Source of the DNA: an uncultured Anaerolineae bacterium
Lineage (GTDB): Bacteria; Chloroflexota; Anaerolineae; JACIWP01
Direction of reading: 5' to 3'
NCBI GenBank assembly: GCA_938049385.1
Contig: CALIBQ010000035.1
Location: 21,278-85,277, forward strand
DNA length: 64,000 bases
In this document: positions 10,531 to 18,750 of the stretch, in pieces
How positions within the stretch are numbered: the first letter of the stretch is position 1
Layout: each line of letters opens with the position of its first letter
The notes under the pieces: model-generated
The model's input: the letters and a program-made list of their open reading frames with translations, nothing else
Databases searched by the model: none
Told to the model about the DNA's origin: nothing
Made by a program: the position numbers and the translations under genes

Positions 10531-11625
10531 ATGGCTGACCTCAGCGTCCACTTCCTGGGGATGAGCTTCCGCAATCCGGTGCTTCCTGCCGCCGGCCCGC
10601 CGGGCTGGAACGGCGAAGCCCTGCGCAAATGTGCGGAGGGCGGCGCCGGCGCCCTGGTTACCAAGACCATCTCCGACACCGCCGCCCAGGTGCCCCACCC
10701 TAACATGGCGCAGGTCCCCGGCGGCTTCCTCAACACGGAACTCTGGTCGGAGCTTCCTCCTGAACAGTGGTTCGAGAAGGAACTGCCCCTCGCACGAGAG
10801 CTGGGACTGCCCCTTATCGTCAGCATGGGCTACACCGCGCGCCAGATCGCCGCACTCGCCCCAAAAGTGCGCCCCTTCGCCGATGCCATCGAGCTTTCCA
10901 CCCATTACCTTGGGGATGACTCGCGCCCCATGATGGAAGCGATTGACGCGGCTAAGTCCGGTGCCGGCAAGCCCGTCATCGTCAAGCTGTCCCCCATGCG
11001 CGACATGAAAGCCGCCGCGCAGGCCGCCAAAGAGGCCGGCGCGGACGCCATCGCCGCCATCAACTCCTTCGGCCCCGCTATGGGCATCGACATCGAGACC
11101 GGTCAGCCCTGGATGGGAAGCGCAGACGGCTACGGATGGCTTTCTGGGCCGGCGCTCCGCCCGCTGGCAGTGCGCTGTATCTTCGACATTGCCCGTACCG
11201 TGGACCTGCCCATCCTCGGTGTGGGAGGGGTGTCCAGAGGGACCGACGCTATCGAGCTGATTATGGCCGGCGCCTGGGCAGTGCAGGTCTGCACCGCCGT
11301 CATCCTGCAGGGGCATGCGGTGCTCGGCAAGATTGCGGGCGAGATCAACCAGTGGCTGGACAGCCACGGCTATGTCAACGTCCAATCTGTGCGCGGCCTG
11401 GCCATCGAGCGCGTTTCCGGGCGCGCCGGCGTGCGCACCCAGGCGCGCCCGCCGGAATTTGAGCCGGAGTTGTGCACGGGATGCCGGCTGTGCGAGCAAA
11501 GCTGTGTCTATGATGCCATTCACGTCGTAGATGGGCTGGCGCAGTTGGACGAGGCGCTTTGCTGGGGGTGCGGGCTGTGCGTGACCCGCTGTAAGCCGCG
11601 CGCCCTTTCCATGCGCTATGACTGA
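10531..11625 (+). CDS. Dihydroorotate/dihydropyrimidine dehydrogenase (PreA-like) FMN protein with C-terminal 2x[4Fe-4S] ferredoxin
   Basis: FRNPVLPAAGP, LVTKT, PVIVKLSP, AINS, WLSGPALRP, GVGGV, VQVCTA; CTGCRLCEQSC and CWGCGLCVTRC. The usual ELNxSCPN loop reads ELSTHY. Confidence 0.88.
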   Translation: MADLSVHFLGMSFRNPVLPAAGPPGWNGEALRKCAEGGAGALVTKTISDTAAQVPHPNMAQVPGGFLNTELWSELPPEQWFEKELPLARELGLPLIVSMGYTARQIAALAPKVRPFADAIELSTHYLGDDSRPMMEAIDAAKSGAGKPVIVKLSPMRDMKAAAQAAKEAGADAIAAINSFGPAMGIDIETGQPWMGSADGYGWLSGPALRPLAVRCIFDIARTVDLPILGVGGVSRGTDAIELIMAGAWAVQVCTAVILQGHAVLGKIAGEINQWLDSHGYVNVQSVRGLAIERVSGRAGVRTQARPPEFEPELCTGCRLCEQSCVYDAIHVVDGLAQLDEALCWGCGLCVTRCKPRALSMRYD

Positions 11626-12055
11626 ACGGGAAATCTCAGCCGCGTCTCCGGGCCTCCGTCAGGCGTGGATCGCCGGCCTCCTCGGTCTGCTGGCCAACAT
11701 GACGGCCGTGCTGGTGCTGGTCGTCCTGCACTCCCGTCTGGCCGGCACCAGCCCCATCGTGCGCGCGTTCCCCTTCCTGGGGCAGGAACCACTGCGCACG
11801 TGGTGGTTGTGGGGCTGGTTCGCGTTCTTCCTTCTTCTATCACTGATCGAGATACCGATCATGGCGCTGGCCCTGCGGGCGCTGTCGCGCTCCTCCGCGC
11901 GCCGGCCCTTGCTCCTGACAGCGGCCGCCTTTGTCTTTTTCCCAGCGGTGTATGCGTGGATGAACTGGCTGTTCAACGCCGGCCTGGTTCATTCGCTTAT
12001 CACTGCCGCCGGCGCCCTGGTGCGCCTGCTGATCGTTCACTTCTCAATCCAATAA
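11618..12055 (+). CDS. Hypothetical 4-TM membrane protein
   Basis: 145 aa, four hydrophobic segments; start overlaps the upstream stop. Confidence 0.7.
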   Translation: MTEREISAASPGLRQAWIAGLLGLLANMTAVLVLVVLHSRLAGTSPIVRAFPFLGQEPLRTWWLWGWFAFFLLLSLIEIPIMALALRALSRSSARRPLLLTAAAFVFFPAVYAWMNWLFNAGLVHSLITAAGALVRLLIVHFSIQ

Positions 12056-13221
12056 GGCGTTCGATGAAGCGGCTCGGCGCCGCCGGCGGTGATAAGGTAC
12101 CCATTTTCGACCCGCAGTCCGCCCCACGGCGCGTGGAAAATGGGGATGTCCACCGAAATCACCATGTTCTCTTCCAGCACGGCGCCACTGCTGGGACCAA
12201 AGATGGGGGGCTCAAATTCAATCACCCCCACGCTGTGGACGCCGGAATACAAGAAATACTGGCCCAGGCCGGCTTCCGCTACGATGCGCCGGCCAACCGC
12301 CTCGACCTGCCGGCCCTCGATGCCGGGGCGCAGTGCCCGGAAACATGCTTCCTGCGCCTGCACCGCCGTTTCCAGCGCATGCCGAACCTCCCCGCCTGGA
12401 TCACCCACCAGCACGACCCGGCCGATGGCGGCATGATAGCCCTCATAGCGCGGTGCAACGGTCAATACTACCAGATCATTCTTCTCAATGCGCCGAAAGG
12501 TGGAGCGCGCCAGGATGGGCCGGCTGTTAGGCCCCGATGCCACAATGGTATCAATCCCTGTGCCCTCGGCGCCGGCACGCCGCATCGCCGCCTCAATCTC
12601 TGCCGCCACCTCCCGCTCGGTCACTCCGGCTTCGACCGCCGCGACGCCGGCCTGCATACCGGCTTCTGCAATGCGGTACGCTCTGCGGATAACCTCGATC
12701 TCCGCCGGCGACTTTCGCGCCCGCAGATCGCACAGGGCGTTTTCCACGTCCACAAACTCCGCGCCGGGCAGGGCGGATTCCAGGGCCTGCAGAATATCTG
12801 CGCTCATGATTCCCCGTCCGCCCAATCCGACCCGGCGCACCGCAGACGTGCTCGGCACGAAGCCGGCGATGATTTCCTCCAGCCCCTGGGGATGGGAGTA
12901 CGGGTAATCCTCATCCGGATGGGTCAGCTCCTTCAGGACGCGGACGTCGGGCATCCGCCCGATGAGAAGGGCATACTGTTCGCTTTCCGGGCCGACCAGC
13001 AGTGCCGGCATCCCCTGCCGCGGCATCAGCACCAGCGCCGGCTCAAAATGCACCGGGAAATTCGCCAGCCAGCGGGCATGGGCGGGGCCGGCGGTTGCCC
13101 GGTCATCGGCGTACGCCGCCACCAGGTCAAGCCCTTGTTCGCGCATCATGCGCTGAACCTTTTCCCAGCGCAGAGGATACTCTTCCGGTGGAATGATTGG
13201 CCTTTCCTGCTCCGACAGCAT
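12037..13221 (-). CDS. M24 (pita-bread fold) Xaa-Pro peptidase/creatinase-like hydrolase with degenerate metal site
   Basis: N-terminal creatinase-like domain; LRARKSPAEIEVIRRA, VTEREVAAEIE, IVASGPNS, GVHSVG, GGLRVEN. Start at ATG 13221 with AGGAGG SD. Confidence 0.85.
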   Translation of the reverse strand: MLSEQERPIIPPEEYPLRWEKVQRMMREQGLDLVAAYADDRATAGPAHARWLANFPVHFEPALVLMPRQGMPALLVGPESEQYALLIGRMPDVRVLKELTHPDEDYPYSHPQGLEEIIAGFVPSTSAVRRVGLGGRGIMSADILQALESALPGAEFVDVENALCDLRARKSPAEIEVIRRAYRIAEAGMQAGVAAVEAGVTEREVAAEIEAAMRRAGAEGTGIDTIVASGPNSRPILARSTFRRIEKNDLVVLTVAPRYEGYHAAIGRVVLVGDPGGEVRHALETAVQAQEACFRALRPGIEGRQVEAVGRRIVAEAGLGQYFLYSGVHSVGVIEFEPPIFGPSSGAVLEENMVISVDIPIFHAPWGGLRVENGYLITAGGAEPLHRTPYWIEK

Positions 13222-13426
13222 GTTATCGCACCTCCTATCCCATGTGCCGGCGGTTTCCTCCGCATTGTAGCACATCACCTTTAGCAATCAAGGCCCGCCC
13301 AAGCCGGTCACAGCTACCCGCCTCACGGCCGGCGGTATCCTCGCTTCCAGCGGCGTGCGATTTGCCTCTTTCATCCAGGCCTCATACAATATTCTTCATG
13401 TGCATTACGGATATCAGGAAGAAGAA

Positions 13427-14365
13427 ATGACTGACTCTTCATCTCCGTTCGGCAAACGTTGCTACGGTATCGCCGCGTTGACGCTGGCGGTTCTGCTGTG
13501 GGGTTCGACATTCATCACCACCAAGCTGATCCTGAACGCTATCGGTCCTTTCGCCCTGACCTTTCTACGCTTCGTCGTTGCGTTCCTAGGCCTACTGCCG
13601 TTTGCGCTGCGCCGGGGGTTTCACCCGCGGATTATCTTTCGGCCGGCCTTCCTGCTCTTCGGCCTGACCGGCATTGCCCTGGGCTACTCCCTCCAGAACG
13701 TGGGCCTGGCCTACACCTCCGCCGGCAATGCCTCGCTCATCATGGCCGGCCTCCCGGCCATCACTGCTCTGCTCTCCATTCCTATCCTCCATGAGCGAGT
13801 TCCCTTTTGGCGCGTCCTCGGCATTGGCCTGAGCATCGCCGGCGTCGCGCTGGTCAGCCTCTCCAGCGGGTCCGTCGGCGGCGGCTCCCTCCTGGGCGAT
13901 GCCCTGGTCCTCGGCGCGGTGCTGAACTTCGCCCTGTACACCGTCCAGGGACGTCTGCTGGGGCCTCACCATCCGGCGTTGGTGACGACAACCGCCGGCT
14001 TCGGCGCCGGCTTGCTCTTCCTCTTTCCAGGAGCGGTATGGGAATGCACGCGCGCTGGCATTCCCCCGCTGAGGGCCGCCGCATGGGGAGCGATCATCTA
14101 TCTCGGGCTGGGTGCCTCCGCCTTGACGCTGTTCCTCTGGAACTTTGCGCTCCAATCGCTGGACGCCTCCGAGGCGGCGCTATACACCAGCCTGGTGCCG
14201 ATCGTCGGCCTAGGCTTCGCTGTGCTTTTTGGCGAGGGGATTCGTGCGCTTCAGCTTCTGGGCGGGGCCATGGCTGTCGCCGGCGTCTGGATGGGTCACC
14301 GCCGTGCCGGGGAGCATCTGCCATCGCCGTCGGTAGAACCAGCCAGGAAAGGAGCGCTCGAATGA
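13427..14365 (+). CDS. EamA/DMT-family drug/metabolite transporter
   Basis: About 10 TM in two repeats; LLWGSTF, LTFLRF, GLAYTSAGNASLI, EAALYTSLVP. Confidence 0.92.
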   Translation: MTDSSSPFGKRCYGIAALTLAVLLWGSTFITTKLILNAIGPFALTFLRFVVAFLGLLPFALRRGFHPRIIFRPAFLLFGLTGIALGYSLQNVGLAYTSAGNASLIMAGLPAITALLSIPILHERVPFWRVLGIGLSIAGVALVSLSSGSVGGGSLLGDALVLGAVLNFALYTVQGRLLGPHHPALVTTTAGFGAGLLFLFPGAVWECTRAGIPPLRAAAWGAIIYLGLGASALTLFLWNFALQSLDASEAALYTSLVPIVGLGFAVLFGEGIRALQLLGGAMAVAGVWMGHRRAGEHLPSPSVEPARKGALE

Positions 14366-14712
14366 GCGAATCACCACTACCGCGCCAGAAGGTACTGTGG
14401 ATCAAGCCAGAATACCTGCAGGAAATCCTGGCTGGGCGCAAGACCATCGAGGTGCGGGTCGGTTACACCAACATCCGCCGGCTCCAGGCCGGCGACATCC
14501 TTCTTCTGAATCAGGAGCATCCCTACCGCATCCGGCGCATCAACATTTATCCTGACTTCGATGCTTTGGTAGCGCAGGAGCCGGCAGACCGCATTGCTCC
14601 AGGGCTTTCCCCCCAAGAGCTGTTAGCCGCACTGCGGGCATTCTATCCTCCTGACAAAGAGGCGCTCGGAGCGGTAGCCATCGAACTGGAACCCATCTCT
14701 CATGCCGGATGA
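14362..14712 (+). CDS. ASCH-domain (PUA-like) protein
   Basis: ATG 14362 overlaps the EamA stop (ATGA), with GGAG SD. 116 aa with ILAGRKTIEVR...LQAGDIL, the ASCH GxKxxExR signature. It is the in-frame 3' part of track ORF 13807..14712. Confidence 0.85.
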   Translation: MSESPLPRQKVLWIKPEYLQEILAGRKTIEVRVGYTNIRRLQAGDILLLNQEHPYRIRRINIYPDFDALVAQEPADRIAPGLSPQELLAALRAFYPPDKEALGAVAIELEPISHAG

Positions 14713-14759
14713 CAGGTACCTGCGAGGTAACTGTCATTTAACTGTGCGCTCAACGCCTG

Positions 14760-14921
14760 GAGAGTGTTGGAAAGAGTCCGAACATACAATCTGTGGAAGC
14801 GGCCTAGCGGCTGAAGCCACGGCTACAAGAAGCCTGCCTACGCAGGCTTCGCGAAGTCGACGCCGGCCCGCCGTTTCAACTGCCAGGCGATGAGCCAATA
14901 CCCGCTTTTTCAACGCCCTCT
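14760..14921. repeat. REP/MITE-like palindromic element, copy B
   Basis: Imperfect outer IR GAGAGTGTTGGAAAG / CTTTTTCAACGCCCTCT; arms GCCTAGCGGCTGAAGC / GTTTCAACTGCCAGGC; perfect inner hairpin GAAGCCTGC-CTAC-GCAGGCTTC. Confidence 0.75.
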
Positions 14922-15023
14922 GCCCAAGCAATTTGCCAGATTTCCCCGCCTATGCTAGACTTTTTGAATAATACTTATTCTACCAGAACGGGCATCCCAA
15001 CGCAATATTCTCTAGGAGAGGTC

Positions 15024-16448
15024 ATGCGCGTCCTGTTCGTCGTGGATCAGATAGACTACGAGCCTCACGGCATCATGCATCTATCCAGCGCCCTCAAGGC
15101 CGCCGGCCATGAGGTTCGTCTCGCTGTTGCCAAATACCAGGACCCCGTGCAGGTCGCCAAGGAGTGGCGGCCCGGCATTGTCGGTTTCAGCGTCATCACT
15201 GGCTCCCATCAGAAATACCTGGAGCTGAGCCGGCGCATTAAACAGGTCGTACCGGCCTTTTCCGCCTTTGGCGGCCCCCATCCCACGTTTTTCCCCGAAA
15301 TGATCGAGGCAGAGGGTGTGGACGGCATCTGCATTGGCGAGGGCGAAGAGGCGCTGGTGGACCTGGCCAACGCCCTGGACGCCGGCACGTTCGAGCCTAC
15401 TATCCCCAATTGGCACTTCAAGTGGAACGGCGAGATCGTGCGCAACCCCGTGCGCCGGCTCCAGGCGGACCTGGACGCGCTCCCTCCACCGGATCGCGCT
15501 CTCGTTTATGATGCGGACCCGGTCTCGCGCACTAGCCGCATCAAACACTTCATCGCCGGCCGCGGCTGTCCGTACCGCTGTACGTACTGCTTCAACCATG
15601 CTCTGCTGGAGCTGTACCGCGGCAAAGGCCCCTTCGTCCGCATGCGCTCGGTCACCAGCGTGCTGGAAGAAATCAAGCTGGTGCGCGAGCGCTACGGGCT
15701 GGATTTCGTCATTTTCCTGGATGACACGTTCATCGTCATCCGCAAATGGCTGCGCGAGTTCGCCGAGCGCTACCCACGCGAAATCGGCCTGCCGTTCTTC
15801 TGCAACGTGCGCGCCAACCTCGTGGATGAAGAAATGATTCAGCTTCTTTCTCGCGCTGGCTGTCACTCCGTCAGCATGGGGGTGGAAGTCGGCAACGAAC
15901 GGGTGCGCAATGAACTGCTCCAGCGCGATATGACGCGCGAAGAGATTTTGAACGCGGCGCGCCTGCTCCGCCAGGCCGGCATCCAGTTTACCACCACGAA
16001 CATGATCGGCCTGCCCAACACCACGTTCGAGAACGACCTGGAGACGCTGGACCTAAATATTGAGTGCAAGCCGGCCTACGCCCACGTCATGATCTTCCAG
16101 CCTTACCCGCGCACCGCCCTCGGGGAATACACCCGCGAACACGATCTGATGTACGGCTCCTTTGACGATTTCGGTGAGGTTGCCTGGGACGATTCGGTGC
16201 TGAAATTCTCGCCCGCACACAAGCGCAAACTGCGCAACCTTCAGCGCTTCTTCGCCATCTTGGTGGAATGGCCGGCCCTGCGGCCTTTCGTCGAGCGCTT
16301 CCTGCTGAACCTGCCCACCAACTGGCTCTACTGGCTGATCTATAAGCTCTGGAAGGGCTACGCACTGAAACAGCGCGTCCATCCCGTGCGGCTTTCCTTG
16401 AAAGAGACCATTCTGCTGGCCTGGCATTACCTGCGCATCAAATCATAG
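15024..16448 (+). CDS. B12-binding radical SAM enzyme (class B methyltransferase-like)
   Basis: N-terminal cobalamin-binding domain (IVGFSVIT...GGPHPTFFP...DGICIGEGE), AGRGCPYRCTYC (CxxxCxxC), FLDDTF, SMGVEVG, MIGLP. ATG 15024 with AGGAGAGG SD. Confidence 0.92.
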   Translation: MRVLFVVDQIDYEPHGIMHLSSALKAAGHEVRLAVAKYQDPVQVAKEWRPGIVGFSVITGSHQKYLELSRRIKQVVPAFSAFGGPHPTFFPEMIEAEGVDGICIGEGEEALVDLANALDAGTFEPTIPNWHFKWNGEIVRNPVRRLQADLDALPPPDRALVYDADPVSRTSRIKHFIAGRGCPYRCTYCFNHALLELYRGKGPFVRMRSVTSVLEEIKLVRERYGLDFVIFLDDTFIVIRKWLREFAERYPREIGLPFFCNVRANLVDEEMIQLLSRAGCHSVSMGVEVGNERVRNELLQRDMTREEILNAARLLRQAGIQFTTTNMIGLPNTTFENDLETLDLNIECKPAYAHVMIFQPYPRTALGEYTREHDLMYGSFDDFGEVAWDDSVLKFSPAHKRKLRNLQRFFAILVEWPALRPFVERFLLNLPTNWLYWLIYKLWKGYALKQRVHPVRLSLKETILLAWHYLRIKS

Positions 16449-16464
16449 GCGGAAAGGGCCTGTG

Positions 16465-18750
16465 ATGAGCCTGGCCGGTCCTATCTCCGTTGCCGCCCGC
16501 CGCATATCTACCCTGCTCCCGGAATGGGCATGGGGGTTGGCCGGCGTCATCCTGCTGGGACTGCCGGCGGTAATCCCATTGTGTCGGGCCGGCTATTTCG
16601 CCTCGCACGACGGCATGCTCCACCTGTACCGCCTGATGGGATTGGACGACGCCCTGCGCGCCGGCGTGCTCTACCCGCGCTGGTTCCCGGATTTTGCCTT
16701 CGGCTACGGACATCCGGTGCTGAATTTTTATGGTCCGCTGTCCTATTACATTGCCGCTTGGTTCCGGGGCCTTGGCCTGGGACTGATTCCCGCCATGAAA
16801 ACGGCATACGCTTTCGCCGGCCTCTCCGCCGGCGCCGCCATGTACGCCTTCGCCTATGAAAGCTTGCGCGGGAAAATCCTCCCGGCCGTCGCCGCCGGCG
16901 CGGTCTATATCTACATCCCCTATCACCTGGCAGACCTGTACGTGCGCGGCGCCATCGCCGAATCGCTGGCCTTTGTCTGGTTCCCTCTGATCCTGTGGGG
17001 GATGGAGCGCATCCTGGATGGGCGCCGGAGCGGCATTCCGCTGGTTTCTGTGAGCCTGGCCGGCCTTATGATCACCCATAGCCTCTCGCTGGTCTTTTTC
17101 GGCCCATTCCTGGCCGCGTACATGGTCATCATGCTCCTGATCCGCCGCCGGCAGGCCACTGCCTTCATCCGGGACTGGCTCACCGCCGGCCTGCTGGGCC
17201 TGGGCCTCAGCGCTTTCTACTGGCTGCCCGTCCTGCTGGAAGGCCAGTATGTGGGGCTGGCCGGCGGCGCTTCCGCCGGCTATCAGCGCCACCTTGCGCC
17301 GCTCGCCGGCGCTCTCTCGCCTTACTTCCTATACCGCTATTTCCCAGCCCAGGGAACGCCGGCCGAGCATCCTGCCGGCCTGGTGACATCCTTGGTCGCT
17401 CTAGCCGGCCTGCTCCTCGGCCTGTCGCGCCTCCGGCGCGTTTCCCCGCGCATCCTGGGGCTGATGTCCCTGGCCGCAGTCGGCGGCTGGTTCATGACTA
17501 CAACGCCCTCCCTTCCCCTCTGGAAGCTGGGCGAAGCCCTACTGAGCTATCTGCAGTACCCTTGGCGGTTCATGGCACTGCATGCCTTGGGTGCGGCCTG
17601 GTTGGCCGGCGCCGGTACCTTAGCTATCCAAGACATATTTCCCCCTCGCTCCGCCAGTCGGTTCGTCAGCGTCATCTCGCCGGCGGTGATAGCCCTCGTG
17701 GCCGCATCCTCGCTGGCTCGTCTGCCGTATCAGACACTGGAACTGCGCGATGATGGGCTGACCTATCAGCGTATGTGGGCGGAGGAGCGCGAGGTGGGAC
17801 AGATCGGCACGACCTGGACCGGGGAATATCTGCCCATCTGGGTGCGGGAACAGCGCTGGGCTATCGGGCGCTCCTGGCGCGACGCCGGCGGGCCGGACCT
17901 GGCCGAGGCGGCCGCGCTCCGGCCCCCGGACTCTGTACGCCTGTTGGATGCAGGATATAACCGCCTGGACCTCATGGTCGAAAGCGCATCGCCGGCCAGC
18001 CTGATAATGCACCAGTTCTACTTCCCGGGCATGGCAGCGTACCTGGACGGCCGGCGCACGCCGGCCTATCCCTTCGGCACCCTGGGTCTGGCGGCGGTGG
18101 ACATCCCCGCCGGCGCGCATCAGGTGCGCTGGCGCTTCACCCCCACCCCACCCCACCTCTGGGGCACGGTGATTGCCCTCGCGTCCCTCATCATCGGGAT
18201 CGTATTGTGGATCAAGCCGCGCTCCCCCTTACTCCGCTGGAGATGGGGACTTCTCTATCTCGCTGGCATCATCGCGGTGTCCTTCCCGCTCTTCCTGCCG
18301 GCGCTCACCTCCCGCACCCGGACGCTTTGGGAAGAGGTGCAGGCTGATTTCGAGGGCCGAGCTGTACTGCTGGCGATGGGCCGGCCATCCGCCTCCGTCG
18401 CCGCCGGCGCCCGCCTGTCGGTAACCCTTTACTGGCTCGCACGGGCAGGCTTCGCCGAAGACCTGGTAACCTTCGTGCACCTCACGACGCCGGACGGCGC
18501 GGTCCTGCTGGCGCAGTCCGATCATGAGCCGGACGGCGGCTTCACCCCGACCACGCGCTGGCTGGCCGGCGAAATCATCCCCGACCGGCACTTCCTGGAT
18601 ATCCCAGCCGGCCTTTCCCCTGGCCGCTATGCCCTGTACGGCGGGATATACGCCTATCCATCCGTACAGCCGCTGGCAATCCTTTCGGCAGGAAAGCCCG
18701 TCAGCAGTGGGCGCGTCCTGCTGGGCTGTGTGGAGGTCGTCGCGCCATGA
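16465..18750 (+). CDS. GT-C fold membrane glycosyltransferase-like protein (YfhO / PTPS-related family) with C-terminal beta domain
   Basis: SHDGMLHLYR, YPRWFPDFAFGYGHPVLNFYGPLSYY, RGAIAE, LQYPWRF, ~12 TM; C-terminal VTLYW...TFVHL...AQSDHEPDGGFTPTTRWLAGEIIPD domain. Confidence 0.8.
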   Translation: MSLAGPISVAARRISTLLPEWAWGLAGVILLGLPAVIPLCRAGYFASHDGMLHLYRLMGLDDALRAGVLYPRWFPDFAFGYGHPVLNFYGPLSYYIAAWFRGLGLGLIPAMKTAYAFAGLSAGAAMYAFAYESLRGKILPAVAAGAVYIYIPYHLADLYVRGAIAESLAFVWFPLILWGMERILDGRRSGIPLVSVSLAGLMITHSLSLVFFGPFLAAYMVIMLLIRRRQATAFIRDWLTAGLLGLGLSAFYWLPVLLEGQYVGLAGGASAGYQRHLAPLAGALSPYFLYRYFPAQGTPAEHPAGLVTSLVALAGLLLGLSRLRRVSPRILGLMSLAAVGGWFMTTTPSLPLWKLGEALLSYLQYPWRFMALHALGAAWLAGAGTLAIQDIFPPRSASRFVSVISPAVIALVAASSLARLPYQTLELRDDGLTYQRMWAEEREVGQIGTTWTGEYLPIWVREQRWAIGRSWRDAGGPDLAEAAALRPPDSVRLLDAGYNRLDLMVESASPASLIMHQFYFPGMAAYLDGRRTPAYPFGTLGLAAVDIPAGAHQVRWRFTPTPPHLWGTVIALASLIIGIVLWIKPRSPLLRWRWGLLYLAGIIAVSFPLFLPALTSRTRTLWEEVQADFEGRAVLLAMGRPSASVAAGARLSVTLYWLARAGFAEDLVTFVHLTTPDGAVLLAQSDHEPDGGFTPTTRWLAGEIIPDRHFLDIPAGLSPGRYALYGGIYAYPSVQPLAILSAGKPVSSGRVLLGCVEVVAP

